A stretch of 64,000 bases of DNA from Escherichia coli (GTDB lineage: Bacteria > Pseudomonadota > Gammaproteobacteria > Enterobacterales > Enterobacteriaceae): assembly GCF_003334385.1 (NCBI RefSeq), contig NZ_QOWN01000008.1. One strand, 5' to 3'. The translations under genes and the position numbers were made by a program. Shown here piece after piece: positions 48,435 to 60,877 of this stretch; within the stretch, counting starts at the first letter, position 1, and each line of letters begins with the position of its first letter. Below the pieces are notes generated by a model. That model saw only the letters and a list, made by a program, of their open reading frames with translations. It was not told the origin of the DNA and did not search any database.

Positions 48435-49286
48435 ATGATGAAACTTATTCCTCGCAGTAGTGATATTTCACCTGGCATTGATGGAATTTGCCCGGGGCCT
48501 TTTCCTCCGAACGGATTTACCGTACTTACAGATGCAGCATATGGTAACGGAGACTGTTTCGGTTTGTACTGGCCTATTGGTCAGGAGCATAAACTACCTA
48601 TAGTGTGCGAAACGTACCATGACGAATGGCGAATCGTACCTGCCTTTTCCAGCATTAAGAAGTTCGAAGAATGGCTGGAAGTGAATGATGATGCTCCCCA
48701 TGAAAATGGCATCAGCATCGAAGATCAAGACTTTGCAGCAAATCTCTTCCGTGTTGCTCGGAAATGTCTTTCAACGGGAAGGCTTGATGACGCACTGCCA
48801 CTGTTACAGCGAGCAACAGAACAATTGCCTGAAGTCAGCGAATATTGGTTAGCACTGGCAATCCAGTATCGCCGATGTAAAAAAACAGAAGCTGCAGCAC
48901 AGGCTGCGCTTAATGCTTATCTTGGCAATTGGGCATTTGGTGTTCCTGACAATAAAGTCATTCATTTGCTGTCACAGGCCGCAGATGTCCCGAATTTCCA
49001 GGATGATCCTGTGATTCAGTGCATTAAAGAACAAGGATTAGATCTTAGCTTTGGAGGAACAAAGGAAAATAATAATTACCCCTTGATGCAGATGTGTGTT
49101 GATACTTATTTTGCGCAGAGAAAACCGCTTCAGGCATTAACCCTGTTACATAATTATGCCTGGATAATGTCCAGTGAAACGACTGCATTTCAGGAACGCT
49201 ATGATTTTAATATCGATGAATGGCGGGCAAAATTCAGGCAGTTATGTTTAGAGTATTTTGGCGATAGTCGTACACAGTTCACTTAA
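48435..49286 (+). CDS. yfbP: Uncharacterised protein YfbP (283 aa), possibly TPR-like helical
   Basis: ORF 48435..49286; a second in-frame ATG at 48438 is possible. Confidence 0.85.
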   Translation: MMKLIPRSSDISPGIDGICPGPFPPNGFTVLTDAAYGNGDCFGLYWPIGQEHKLPIVCETYHDEWRIVPAFSSIKKFEEWLEVNDDAPHENGISIEDQDFAANLFRVARKCLSTGRLDDALPLLQRATEQLPEVSEYWLALAIQYRRCKKTEAAAQAALNAYLGNWAFGVPDNKVIHLLSQAADVPNFQDDPVIQCIKEQGLDLSFGGTKENNNYPLMQMCVDTYFAQRKPLQALTLLHNYAWIMSSETTAFQERYDFNIDEWRAKFRQLCLEYFGDSRTQFT

Positions 49287-49324
49287 CGCTCTGCGTCTAT
49301 CTACTATCCCTTCTTTTTCAGAAA

Positions 49325-49350
49325 AACCGCCGAGCATGTCGGCGGCTTTC
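49325..49350 (-). terminator. Rho-independent terminator at the 3' end of the nuo operon (downstream of nuoN)
   Basis: Palindrome ccgccgagcatgtcggcgg (49327-49345); on the minus strand the stem is followed by TTTTTCTG; also lies downstream of convergent yfbP. Confidence 0.65.
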
Positions 49351-49369
49351 TGACTTACAAAGTAACAGA

Positions 49370-50827
49370 TTACATCAGCGGCATTGCCAAACGCACAATG
49401 CTAATCAGCGGTTGTGGCCATACACCCAGCACCAGTACCAACAGTGCAGAGATCAGCACAACGATACCGCCCGCGCTGTACTGCCAGTTTGATGGTGCAT
49501 CGCGACCCGGTTGTTCCGGGGCGTGAAGATACAGGCTCACCGCCACGCGCAGGTAGTAGTAGAGGCCGATTGCCGAACCGACAACCACGGCACCCACCAG
49601 CCACCACAAGTGTGCCTGGACACCGACCGCCAGCACGTAGAACTTACCGATAAAGCCCAGCGTCATCGGGATACCGGCCAGAGACAGCATCATCACCGTC
49701 ATCACTGCCGCGAGGATCGGACGATGCCAGAACAGACCGCGGTAAGAGAACAGGGAATCAGCATCCGGGCCACGATACGGGCTGGACATCAGGCTGACCA
49801 CGCCGAACGCGCCGAGGCTGCTGAACAGATAACCGGCCAGGTAAACCCCTACCGCTTCCATCGACATCTCGCCGGTTTGCAGCGCAATCAGCGCTACCAG
49901 CAGATAGCCGAGGTGAGAGATAGATGAGTAACCGAGCAGACGTTTGATATTGGTCTGGCTCAGCGCCATCAGGTTACCGAAGATGATGGAGGCAAAGGCG
50001 ATAATCGCCAGCACCACGCGAATCGCTTCGCTGTCACCCACCGGTGCGTAGAGGAACAGACGCATCACCACACCGAAGATAGCGATTTTGCTCGCCGTCG
50101 CCAGGAAAGTGGAAACCGGCGCAGGCGCGCCCTGGTATACGTCTGGCGTCCACAGGTGGAACGGCACCAGAGAGAGTTTGAAGCCGAGGCCAACAATCAT
50201 CAGGCCGAAACCTGCCAGCAACAGCGGCTCGTTGAGCATACCGTCGCCAAGGTTTTTACCCAACGCGACAAACGACAGGTCGCCAGACTGCGCATACACC
50301 AGCGCCATACCAAACAGCAGGAAAGAAGACGCTGCGGCAGAAAGGATGGTGTATTTGATACTGGCTTCCAGTGAACGTTTCTGGCGGAAAGCGTAACCGA
50401 CCAGGCCAAACAGCGGCAAAGAGATCAGTTCGATACCGAGGAACAGAGACGCCAGATGGTTGGCATTCGCCAGCAGGATCCCGCCCAGCGCGGCAATTAA
50501 CACCAACAGGTAGAACTCATCCTTGTTGTCGTTATAGCCTTCAAGCCACGGGTAGGCGAAAGTACAGGTGGCGAGGCTCGCCAACAATACCAGCCCGGTG
50601 TAAAGCATGGCGAAACCATCAACGCGCATCAGCGGCGTAACGTCCATAGCGCCCGCCTGGCCAACAAACCAGAGCGAAACCAGCGCCGCGTTAAGCCCAA
50701 TAACCGAGAGCGTAGCGTTGAGGAAATGATTGCGTCGCCACGCAATGGAGAGCATCACAACCACCACCGTCAAGCCGACGATCAGCAACGGTAGCAGTGC
50801 GATCAGGTTTTGTGGAGTTATTGTCAT
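49370..50827 (-). CDS. nuoN: NADH:quinone oxidoreductase (complex I) subunit N (485 aa)
   Basis: ORF 49370..50827; polytopic antiporter-like subunit. Confidence 0.95.
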
Positions 50828-50833
50828 GGCGAT

Positions 50834-52363
50834 TTACGGCCTTGTAGTAGTAACGGAATTAACAAACCACTGCTGGATATTGCCAATCGCGGAGTGCGAG
50901 GTATCCAGAATCGGCTGCGGATAGAAGCCCAGCAGTACCAGCAGCACCACCAGCAACAGGATCATAAACAGCTCACGCAGCGACATCCCTGGCAGTTCCT
51001 GGCTGGCAATCTGGCTTTTCGCTTTACCGAAGTAAGCGCGATGTAACATCGCCAGCGAATAAACAGATGCAAAGACCAGCCCAAAGGTAGAGATAACGGT
51101 AATCACCGGTACAACCTGGAAGCTGCCGAACAGAATCATAAATTCGCCGACGAAGTTACCGGTGCCAGGCATCCCAAGCGTTGCCACCGCAAAGAACAGC
51201 GACAGTGCTGGCAGCCATTTCATCTTGCTCCACAGACCGCCCATCATGCGCATGTCGCGGGTATGGATACGTTCATAAAGCTGACCACAAAGAATAAACA
51301 GACCCGCCGCCGACAAACCGTGCGCAATCATCTGGATTACCGCGCCCTGGTAGGCCAACTGGCTGCCGGTGTAGATAGCAATCAGCACGAAGCCCATGTG
51401 GGAAACCGAGGTGTAGGCGATCAGACGTTTGATATCGGTCTGGGCGAAGGCCATCCACGCACCGTAGAAGATGCCGATAACACCCAGCCACATAGCAATT
51501 GGCGCGAACTCTGCCGACGCGTTCGGGAACAGCGGCAGGGAGAAACGCAGCAAACCGTAAGCGGCAGTTTTCAGCAAGATCCCCGCGAGGTCAACGGAAC
51601 CGGCGGTCGGAGCCTGGGAGTGCGCATCCGGCAGCCAGCCATGCAGCGGAACCACCGGCATTTTGACTGCGAAGGCGATGAAGAAGCCCAGCATTAACAG
51701 GTATTCCACACCACTGGACATTGGCGTATTCAGCAGCTCTTCATAGTTGAAGGTCCAGACGCCGGTCGCATTGTAGTGAACAAAAACCAGCGCCAGGATG
51801 GCAATCAACATCACCAGGCCACTCGCCTGGGTGTAAATGAAGAACTTGGTTGCCGCCGTGATACGCGTTTTACCGTCAGAGGCTTTATGCCCCCACAGTG
51901 CGATCAGGAAGTACATCGGCACCAGCATCATTTCCCAGAAGAAGAAGAACAGGAACATGTCGATGGCAAGGAACACGCCGATAACGCCGCCCAGGATCCA
52001 CATCAGGTTGAGGTGGAAGAAGCCCTGATATTTTTCGATCTCTTTCCACGAACATAGTACCGCCAGCACACCGAGCAGACCGGTCAGCACGACCATCAGC
52101 AGCGACAGCCCGTCAATGGCGAGATGAATAGAGATACCAAAACGCGGGATCCACGGCATGTCGAATTCAGACTGCCACTGCGGAATTCCGGCGGATTGCG
52201 TCAGTGAATAACCGCCCTGCAACCACAGTTGCAGCGACAGCGCCAGCGTCAATCCCATGGTGATCAGCGCGATCCAGCGTGGCACCTTGACGCCAAAGCG
52301 TTCGGTCTGCCAGCACAGGAAGCCGCCAATAAAGGGAATTAATATTAGCCAGGGTAGTAACAT
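50834..52363 (-). CDS. nuoM: NADH:quinone oxidoreductase subunit M (509 aa)
   Basis: ORF 50834..52363. Confidence 0.96.
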   Translation of the reverse strand: MLLPWLILIPFIGGFLCWQTERFGVKVPRWIALITMGLTLALSLQLWLQGGYSLTQSAGIPQWQSEFDMPWIPRFGISIHLAIDGLSLLMVVLTGLLGVLAVLCSWKEIEKYQGFFHLNLMWILGGVIGVFLAIDMFLFFFFWEMMLVPMYFLIALWGHKASDGKTRITAATKFFIYTQASGLVMLIAILALVFVHYNATGVWTFNYEELLNTPMSSGVEYLLMLGFFIAFAVKMPVVPLHGWLPDAHSQAPTAGSVDLAGILLKTAAYGLLRFSLPLFPNASAEFAPIAMWLGVIGIFYGAWMAFAQTDIKRLIAYTSVSHMGFVLIAIYTGSQLAYQGAVIQMIAHGLSAAGLFILCGQLYERIHTRDMRMMGGLWSKMKWLPALSLFFAVATLGMPGTGNFVGEFMILFGSFQVVPVITVISTFGLVFASVYSLAMLHRAYFGKAKSQIASQELPGMSLRELFMILLLVVLLVLLGFYPQPILDTSHSAIGNIQQWFVNSVTTTRP

Positions 52364-52452
52364 GGCGATCTTTATTCCTTGTAAAAGTCCCGTCAGGACC
52401 GGATTTTCAACGAATTCTCACGACAGAAAATTCTCTTCGGACTGGGGGTAGT

Positions 52453-52489
52453 GTCGGATGCACCGCGAAGGCGGCTTATCCGACCTACG
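52453..52489. repeat. REP element in the nuoL-nuoM intergenic region
   Basis: gtcggatgcaccgcgaaggcggcttatccgacctacg matches REP architecture (GCCGGATGCGGCG...CTTATCCGGCCTACG-like). Confidence 0.6.
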
Positions 52490-52526
52490 TTCTTATATGC
52501 CCAGGGGCAATCCCACAATCCTTAAC

Positions 52527-54368
52527 TCAACGCAGTACCATCAACAGTGCCAGCACCACGACCGCACCGATGCTCATGGATGCCACATACCAGCGCAGAT
52601 AGCCGTTCTCACTTAACAGCAGACCTTTACCTGCAAAGCGGGAAAGGACAGCCGGGATGTTCATCATTGAGTTCAGCGGATCGCGTTTCAGCAACCAGGC
52701 AATACCCAGGAACGGCTTGACGAACACTTTGTCATACAGCCAGTCAAATCCCCAGGCGTTGTACCACCAGGTGCCCAGCAGACGGCCCGGCGCACTGTTG
52801 GCGATGGAGGTCACCAGAGTACGTTTACCCAGCCACAGCCAGGCTGCCAGCAGAATGCCGACCACCGCGACCACGCCAGAGGTAATTTCCAGGGTCAACA
52901 TGCTGCCGTGCGCCAGTTCCGTCGTTTGCGGAAGCACGCCCTGCAGCGGCGGTACAATCAGTGCGCCAACGAAGGTGGAAAGGATCAGCAGCACAATCAG
53001 CGGCAGGCTGTGAGTTACCCCTTTCACGGCGTGAGCGTGAATTTGTTCTTTTCCGTGGAAGACGATGAAAATCATACGGAAGGTGTAGAGCGAGGTCATA
53101 AACGCACCGACCAGACCTGCCACCATCAGATTGATATGACCATTCGCCATCGCACCCGCGAGGATCTCATCCTTACTGAAGAAGCCCGCAGTGACCAGCG
53201 GTAGTGCCGACAGTGCTGCGCCGCCCACCAGGAAGCAGAGATAAACCAGCGGAATAGATTTACGCAGACCGCCCATCTTGAAGATGTTCTGTTCGTGATG
53301 GCAGGCCAGAATGACGGAACCGGATGCCAGGAACAGCAGCGCTTTAAAGAACGCGTGGGTCATCAAGTGGAAAATCGCCGCATCCCATGCCTGCACGCCA
53401 AGCGCGAGGAACATGTAGCCAATCTGGCTCATGGTAGAGTAAGCGAGAACACGTTTGATGTCGGTCTGTACCAGCGCGGCAAAACCGGCCAGCAGCAGCG
53501 TAACCGCCCCGACAATACCCACCAGATGCAGAACTTCCGGCGTCATCAGGAACAGGCCGTGGGTACGGGCGATCAGGTAGACACCCGCGGTTACCATGGT
53601 TGCGGCGTGGATCAGCGCGGAGACAGGCGTCGGACCCGCCATCGCGTCGGCAAGCCATGTCTGCAACGGCAACTGCGCAGATTTACCGACCGCACCGCCC
53701 AGCAGCATCAGCGTCGCCCACATCAGCATGTTATTGCCGTCAGCAAAGTGCGCTGGTGCCAGTTCCACCATTTCGCGGAAGTTCAGGGTGCCCAGTTCGT
53801 TGTAAAGAATGAACAGTGCGAAAGCGAGGAACACGTCACCCACACGGGTCACGACGAACGCTTTCATTGCCGCTGCGCCATTCTTCGGATCGGTGTAATA
53901 GAACCCGATCAGCAGATAGGAGCACAGGCCCACGCCTTCCCAGCCGAGGTACATCAGCAGCAGGTTGTCGGCAAGCACCAGAACCACCATGCTGGCGATG
54001 AACAGGTTGGTGTAAGCGAAGAAGCGAGAGTAGCCCTCTTCACCGCGCATATACCAGGAGGCGTACATGTGAATAAGGAAACCCACACCAGTGACCACCG
54101 AGAGCATGGTCAGCGACAGGCCGTCCAGCACCAGGTTAAAACCGATGTTAAAGTCGCCTACCGACATCCACGTCCACAGCGGCTGGCTGTATGTCTGCTC
54201 GCCGTTAGCGAAGAAATCAACGCCGATAAAGGCGGTTACCAGCGCCGCCAGGCCCACAGAGCCTACGCCGACGATCGCCGAGACGTTTTCAGACCAGCGC
54301 CCACGGGAGAATGCCAGCAGGACGAAGCCAATCAATGGCAAAATAATGGTTAAGGCAAGCATGTTCAT
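52527..54368 (-). CDS. nuoL: NADH:quinone oxidoreductase subunit L (613 aa)
   Basis: ORF 52527..54368. Confidence 0.96.
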
Positions 54369-54667
54369 CCGCGCATCTCACTTACTGAATCGATGTTCAG
54401 GTTCTGGCGACGACGGTGAAGTTGCAGCAGCAGCGCAAGGCCGATACTCGCTTCTGCCGCCGCGAGGCTGATGGCGAGAATGTACATCACCTGACCGTCG
54501 GTCTGGCCCCAGTAGCTTCCGGCGACCACGAAGGCCAGCGCGGAGGCGTTAATCATGATTTCCAGACCAATCAACATAAACAGCAGATTGCGACGGATAA
54601 CCAGACCGGTTAAGCCAAGAACGAATAAGATTGCCGCGAGGATCAGTCCATGTTGTAAGGGGATCAT
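54365..54667 (-). CDS. nuoK: NADH:quinone oxidoreductase subunit K (100 aa)
   Basis: ORF 54365..54667; 4-nt overlap with nuoL. Confidence 0.95.
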
Positions 54668-55218
54668 GCGTGCTCCTCCGTTTTTCTTTTCGCGCTGTCG
54701 TCTTTACGATTGCTCAGCACTTCACCCGCACGCTCTTCACGACCGACGTGGAAGGCCACAACCAGACCTGCGAGCAGCAGCATAGAAGCCAGTTCCACCG
54801 CCAGTACGTAAGGCCCGAACAGCGTAATACCCACTGCTTTAGCACTGATTGGCGTACCGTCGATACCCTGATCGTTAACACCGAGGATGGCGTAAACAAT
54901 CACCACCAGCATGATGGCCGACAAAATTGCCGGACCAATCCACACCTGCGGTTTCAGCCACTGGCGTTCCTGTTCGATTTCTGAACCGCCCAGGTTGAGC
55001 ATCATCACCACGAACACGAACAGCACCATAATGGCACCCGCGTAGACGATAATTTCCAGCGCACCGGCGAAGTAAGCGCCCAGTGAGAAGAACACCCCGG
55101 AAATCGCCAGCAGCGAAATAATCAGGTACAGCAGTGCGTGTACCGGATTGGTATGGGTGATCACTCGCAAGGTCGCAAGTATGGCTATCAGGCCACAGAT
55201 ATAAAAAGCGAACTCCAT
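54664..55218 (-). CDS. nuoJ: NADH:quinone oxidoreductase subunit J (184 aa)
   Basis: ORF 54664..55218. Confidence 0.95.
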
Positions 55219-55229
55219 TGCCCCTCTCC

Positions 55230-55772
55230 TTACGGTAACAGGCTCTTGACGTCGATAGGCTTGGCTTCGTTCTCTGCTTCGCCCTTATCTTTGCCGTCGA
55301 TTGCCATACCTGCCATCCGGTAGAAGTTATATTCCGGGTATTTGCCCGGACCGGAGATCAGCAGATCCTCTTTCTCGTAAACCAGATCCTGGCGCTTGTA
55401 TTCCCCCATTTCGAAATCCGGGGTTAACTGAATCGCCGTGGTCGGACAGGCTTCTTCGCACAGACCACAGAAAATGCAGCGTGAGAAGTTGATGCGGAAA
55501 AATTCCGGGTACCAGCGACCGTCTTTGGTTTCTGCTTTTTGCAGCGAGATACAGCCGACCGGGCAGGCTACCGCGCAGAGGTTACAGGCTACGCAACGCT
55601 CTTCGCCGTCCGGGTCGCGGGTCAGAACGATACGACCACGATAACGGGGCGGCAGATAGACCGGCTCTTCCGGGTACATTCGCGTTTCGCGTTTGGCGAA
55701 CGCGTGCAGGCCGATCATCCAGATACTACGAACCTGGGTGCCGAAACCTACTAACAATTCTTTTAAGGTCAT
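55230..55772 (-). CDS. nuoI: NADH:quinone oxidoreductase subunit I (2x[4Fe-4S] ferredoxin-like, 180 aa)
   Basis: ORF 55230..55772; motifs CIACKLCEAVCP / [16 protein letters not shown]. Confidence 0.96.
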
Positions 55773-55786
55773 GGTCTTATTGCCCC

Positions 55787-56764
55787 TTATTGCGCCTGCC
55801 AGAGAATGACAGCCGCCGTTACCAGCAAGTTGATCAGCGTCAGCGGCAGGCAGATTTTCCAGCCGAAGGACATTACCTGGTCATAACGCGGACGCGGTAA
55901 CGACGCACGAATCAAAATGAACATCATCATAAAGAACGCGGTTTTCAGCGCGAACCAGATGAATGGCGGTAACAACGGGCCTTGCCAGCCACCGAAGAAC
56001 AGCGTCACCATCAATGCAGAGATGGTCACAATCCCGATGTACTCACCCACGAAGAACAGACCGAACTTCATACCGGAATATTCAATGTGGTAACCATCCG
56101 CCAGTTCCTGCTCGGCTTCCGGCTGGTCAAACGGGTGACGGTGACATACCGCCACGCCCGCGATGGCAAAGGTAATAAAACCAAAGAATTGCGGGATAAC
56201 GTTCCACACATGCGCCTGGCTGTTGACGATGTCGGTCATGTTGAATGAACCGGCCTGCGCCACCACGCCCATCAAGGAAAGCCCGAGGAACACTTCGTAG
56301 CTCAGGGTCTGCGCAGAAGCACGCATCGCACCCAGCAACGAGTATTTGTTGTTACTTGACCAGCCCGCAAACAGCACCGCGTAAACCGCCAGACCTGCCA
56401 TCATCAGGAAGAACAAAATCCCGATGTTCAGGTCGGCAACCACCCAACCCGGACTGACTGGCACAATCGCAAAGGCCAGCAGCAGCGAGGTAAAGGCAAT
56501 CATCGGTGCCAGGGTAAAGATGACGCGATCCGAGAATTTCGGGATCCAGTCTTCTTTAAAGAACATTTTGATCATGTCCGCAACCAGCTGGAGCGAACCG
56601 CCCCAGCCAACACGGTTAGGTCCGTAACGGTTCTGGAACAGACCCAGCAGGCGACGTTCGCCAAAGCTCATGAATGCCCCGCAGGTGACAACCACCAGCA
56701 GGATCACCACCGCTTTGAGGATGGTCAGCAGGATCTCAATCAGTTCCGGTGATATCCAACTCAT
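55787..56764 (-). CDS. nuoH: NADH:quinone oxidoreductase subunit H (325 aa)
   Basis: ORF 55787..56764. Confidence 0.96.
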
Positions 56765-59487
56765 TGTTGTGCCTCCTTGAGATCCTCAAGATGCGCGCCA
56801 GCCAGCACCGGAGCAATGCCGGACATACCCATCGGCAAGCCCACCTGCCCTGCCGTCAGTCCTTCGGCGATTTCAACCGGCAGCGTGACCGTGTTGCCAT
56901 CGTAACTAAAGGAGACGCGTGTACCTGCGTTCACACCCAACTTCGCGGCATCCGCTGGGTTGAGTTTGATGTACGGCTGCGGCATACGGCTCTGGAAGAC
57001 CGGAGCACGCTGTGACAATTCATCGCTGCCAAACAGGTGGTAATACGGCGCGATACGCCATTTCCCGTCCTGCGGCTGGAAGCGTGCCGGTACGCTGGTG
57101 AAGTAATCCAGACCATTTTCGCTGGTTTCAAACAGACGCACGCCCGGATCGCCAAAGCGCAGTTTGCCGCCCACTTCGTCCTGGAATTTGTTCCACGCCT
57201 GCGGGGAGTTCCAGCCCGGCGCCCAGGCAAACGGCACTTGCGAACGGTGCGCAGTCGGCTGGTTGTTACCTTCCATCGAGAAGGTGAACATGGTGTCAAT
57301 ATCCTGCGGCTGACGCGGCTCATGAACGCTGATATTGGCGCGCATGGCGGTACGACCGCTGTAACGGTGCGGTTCACGGGCCAGTTTCTGCCCACGAATA
57401 CGGAATGTCGCATCCGGCGCAGCATCTTTGATACCTGCCAGTTCCGGGATTTTCGCCACAACAGCGTCAATCACATGGTCGAGCTGCGTCCAGTCCACTT
57501 CACGGCTCAGCAGGGTGCTGTGCAGCGAGTGTAACCAGCGCCAGCTTTCCAGCATGACAGTTTTGCTGTCGTAATAAGCAGGATCGTAAACCTGGAAGAA
57601 ACGTTGGGCGCGGCCTTCGTTGTTGATCACCGTACCGTCGCTTTCAGCAAAGCTGGCAGCAGAAAGTACCAGATGGGCGTTTTCCATAATCGCTGTGCGT
57701 TGATGATCAACCACCATCACCAGCGGTGCTTTAGCCAGCGCAGCATTCACGCGGATAGCAGAAGCGTGACGATGCAGATCGTTTTCCAACACCACCACCG
57801 CGTCGGCGCGTCCGGTTTCCAGTTCGGTTAACGCTTCTTCAAGCGAACCGCCACCCATAATGCCCAGCCCCATGCTGTTGACGGAACGGGCAATCATGGT
57901 GATACCGACGTCAGCGCCGCGACCTTTCAGGGCTTTCGCGACGTTAGCCGCCGCCTGAATCACCTCTAAGCTACCGGCGTTCGTCCCGGAGATAATCAAC
58001 GGTTTCTTCGCACCTGCCAGTGCCTGCACGATGACGTCGATTTTGCTTTGCAGCTCAGGTTCGATACCGTCAACCGCTGGTGCAGAGTTATCCAGCGCAT
58101 GGGCGATGGCAAAACCTAAACGCGCCTGATCTTCAACCGGTGCGCGGTAAGTCCACGCCGCGATATCATCCAGACGGGTGTCATCAACGTTGGTAACAAA
58201 CAGCGGATGCTTCGCACGTTGACCGATGTTGAGGATTGCCGCAATCTGCCAGTCAGCCACTTTCTGTGCTGCCGCCATTTCGCGCGCTTTACCTTTCACA
58301 GCCTGACGCACTGCCAGCGCGACGCGCGCGCCGGTCTGGGTAACGTCTTCGCCCAGCACCAGTACCGCATCGTAAGATTCGATTTCGCGCAGAGCCGGAG
58401 TATAAATGCCGCCTTCACGCAGCACTTTCAGCGCCAGTTGCAGACGTTCCTGCTCACCGTGAGCGATACCGGTGTAGAAGTTTTCTTCGCCCACCAGTTC
58501 ACGCAGCGCAAAGTTGCTTTCCACGCTGGCACGCGGAGAACCAATACCGATCACTTTCTTCGACTGACGCAGAATATCTGCCGCGCCCTGCATTGCCTGT
58601 TCGGCGTTGAGGGTAATGAAATCATCGCCACGACGCTGTACTGGCTGACGCGGACGATCCTTCAGGTTGACGTAACCGTAACCGAAACGACCACGGTCGC
58701 AGAGGAAGTAGTGGTTTACCGTACCGTTGTAACGGTTTTCGATACGACGCAGTTCGCCGTAACGTTCACCGGGGCTGATATTACAGCCGATGGAACATTG
58801 CTGGCAGATGCTCGGCGCAAACTGCATATCCCATTTACGGTTGTAACGCTCGGAGTGCGTTTTGTCGGTAAATACGCCGGTCGGGCAAATTTCGACCAGG
58901 TTACCGGAAAATTCGCTTTCCAGCGTGCCGTCTTCCGGGCGACCGAAGTAGACGTTGTCGTGCGCACCGTAAACGCCCAGATCTGTACCGTCAGCGTAAT
59001 CTTTGTAGTAACGCACACAGCGGTAGCAGGCGATGCAGCGGTTCATTTCGTGAGAGATGAATGGCCCCAAATCCTGATTACGGTGGGTACGTTTGGTGAA
59101 ACGGTAGCGACGGAAGCTGTGTCCGGTCATCACAGTCATATCCTGAAGATGGCAGTTACCGCCCTCTTCACATACCGGACAGTCGTGCGGGTGGTTGGTC
59201 ATCAACCACTCGACCACGCTTTCACGGAACTGTTTCGCTTCTTCGTCGTCAATGGAAATAAAGGTGCCATCGGAAGCCGGTGTCATACAGGACATCACCA
59301 GGCGACCACGCGTGTCTTCCGCGTTTTGGTATTGCTTCACCGCACACTGGCGGCAAGCACCGACACTTCCCAGCGCCGGATGCCAGCAAAAGTAAGGAAT
59401 ATCAAGGCCCAGAGACAGACAAGCTTCCAGCAGGTTGTCCGCTCCGTTGACCTCGTATTCTTTGCCGTCTACATGAATTGTAGCCAT
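56761..59487 (-). CDS. nuoG: NADH:quinone oxidoreductase subunit G (908 aa from the ATG at 59487; 910 aa from the ATG at 59493)
   Basis: ORF 56761..59493; N-terminal 2Fe-2S and 4Fe-4S cysteine motifs and molybdopterin-oxidoreductase-like domain. Confidence 0.95.
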
Positions 59488-59539
59488 TAGCATGCTTCCA
59501 GTTTTCTCAGTCAGAGACTGAGCGTTAATCGAAATTCGG

Positions 59540-60877
59540 TTACCAGCGCTCTTTCAGCAGGTTCGGCTGAATCCCATTAATCAAATGAGTATTGCTGAAC
59601 GGCTGTTTGATTCCCGCCTCAAATTCTTCGCGGAAATATTTGATGGCGCTCTGTAACGGCTCCACTGCACCAGGTGCGTGGGCACAGAAAGTTTTACCCG
59701 GGCCTAAGAATCGACACAGTTGCTCAAGTGTTTCGATATCGCCCGGCTGACCTTCACCACGCTCCAGCGCACGCAGAATTTTCACGCTCCACGGCAGACC
59801 GTCGCGGCACGGCGTACACCAGCCGCAGGACTCACGGGCGAAAAACTCTTCCAGGTTACGCACCAGCGACACCATGTTGATCTCATGGTCAACCGCCATC
59901 GCCAGCGCCGTACCCAGACGGCTGCCCGCTTTACCGATACTTTCGAATTCCATCGGCAGATCAAGGTGCGCTTCGGTCAGGAAGTCAGTCCCCGCGCCGC
60001 CTGGCTGCCAGGCTTTAAATTTCAGACCATCACGCATACCACCGGCGTAATCTTCGAGGATCTCGCGTGCGGTGGTGCCGAACGGCAGTTCCCACAGTCC
60101 CGGATTTTTCACCCGACCGGAGAAGCCCATCAGCTTGGTGCCAGCATCTTTACTTTTCGAGATGTTCTGATACCACTCCACGCCGTTAGCGAGGATCGCC
60201 GGAACGTTACACAGGGTTTCGACGTTGTTGACACAGGTCGGTTTACCCCATGCGCCGGAGGTTGCCGGGAAGGGTGGCTTCGAGCGTGGGTTAGCACGAC
60301 GTCCTTCCAGGGAGTTGATTAACGCTGTTTCTTCCCCGCAGATGTAGCGCCCTGCCCCGGTATGGACGAACAGTTCGAAATCGAAACCTGTTCCCATAAT
60401 GTTTTTGCCAAGCAGACCCGCTTCGGTGGCTTCGGCAATGGCACGGCGCAGATTAACTGCCGCTTCGATATATTCGCCACGCAGGAAGATGTAGCCACGG
60501 TAAGCTTTCAGCGCAAACGCGGAGATGAGCATACCTTCCACCAGCAGGTGCGGCAGTTGCTCCATCAACAGGCGGTCTTTATAGGTGCCCGGCTCCATTT
60601 CATCGGCATTACACAGCAGGTAACGGATGTTCATGGATTCGTCTTTCGGCATCAGGCTCCATTTCAGGCCAGTCGAGAAGCCCGCGCCGCCGCGCCCTTT
60701 CAGACCAGCGTCTTTTACCTGATTAACGATTTCGTCCGGAGACAGCCCGGTCAGCGCCTTACGCGCGCCTTCGTAACCGTTTTTGCTGCGGTATTCGTCC
60801 AGCCACACTGGCTGTTTGTCATCGCGCAGACGCCAGGTCAGCGGATGCGTTTCGGGAGTACGGATAATGTTTTTCAT
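59540..60877 (-). CDS. nuoF: NADH:quinone oxidoreductase subunit F (FMN/NADH-binding, 445 aa)
   Basis: ORF 59540..60877. Confidence 0.97.
   Translation of the reverse strand: MKNIIRTPETHPLTWRLRDDKQPVWLDEYRSKNGYEGARKALTGLSPDEIVNQVKDAGLKGRGGAGFSTGLKWSLMPKDESMNIRYLLCNADEMEPGTYKDRLLMEQLPHLLVEGMLISAFALKAYRGYIFLRGEYIEAAVNLRRAIAEATEAGLLGKNIMGTGFDFELFVHTGAGRYICGEETALINSLEGRRANPRSKPPFPATSGAWGKPTCVNNVETLCNVPAILANGVEWYQNISKSKDAGTKLMGFSGRVKNPGLWELPFGTTAREILEDYAGGMRDGLKFKAWQPGGAGTDFLTEAHLDLPMEFESIGKAGSRLGTALAMAVDHEINMVSLVRNLEEFFARESCGWCTPCRDGLPWSVKILRALERGEGQPGDIETLEQLCRFLGPGKTFCAHAPGAVEPLQSAIKYFREEFEAGIKQPFSNTHLINGIQPNLLKERW

Noticed and set aside
53295-54353. 352-aa plus-strand ORF antisense to nuoL, plus similar long antisense ORFs in nuoG (58207..59490), nuoC (61467..62909), menB/menC (35145..36308) and menD (37457..38107)
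   Set aside because: All are embedded opposite highly conserved, recognisable genes and have Arg/His/Gln-rich nonsense-like translations; treated as frame artefacts.
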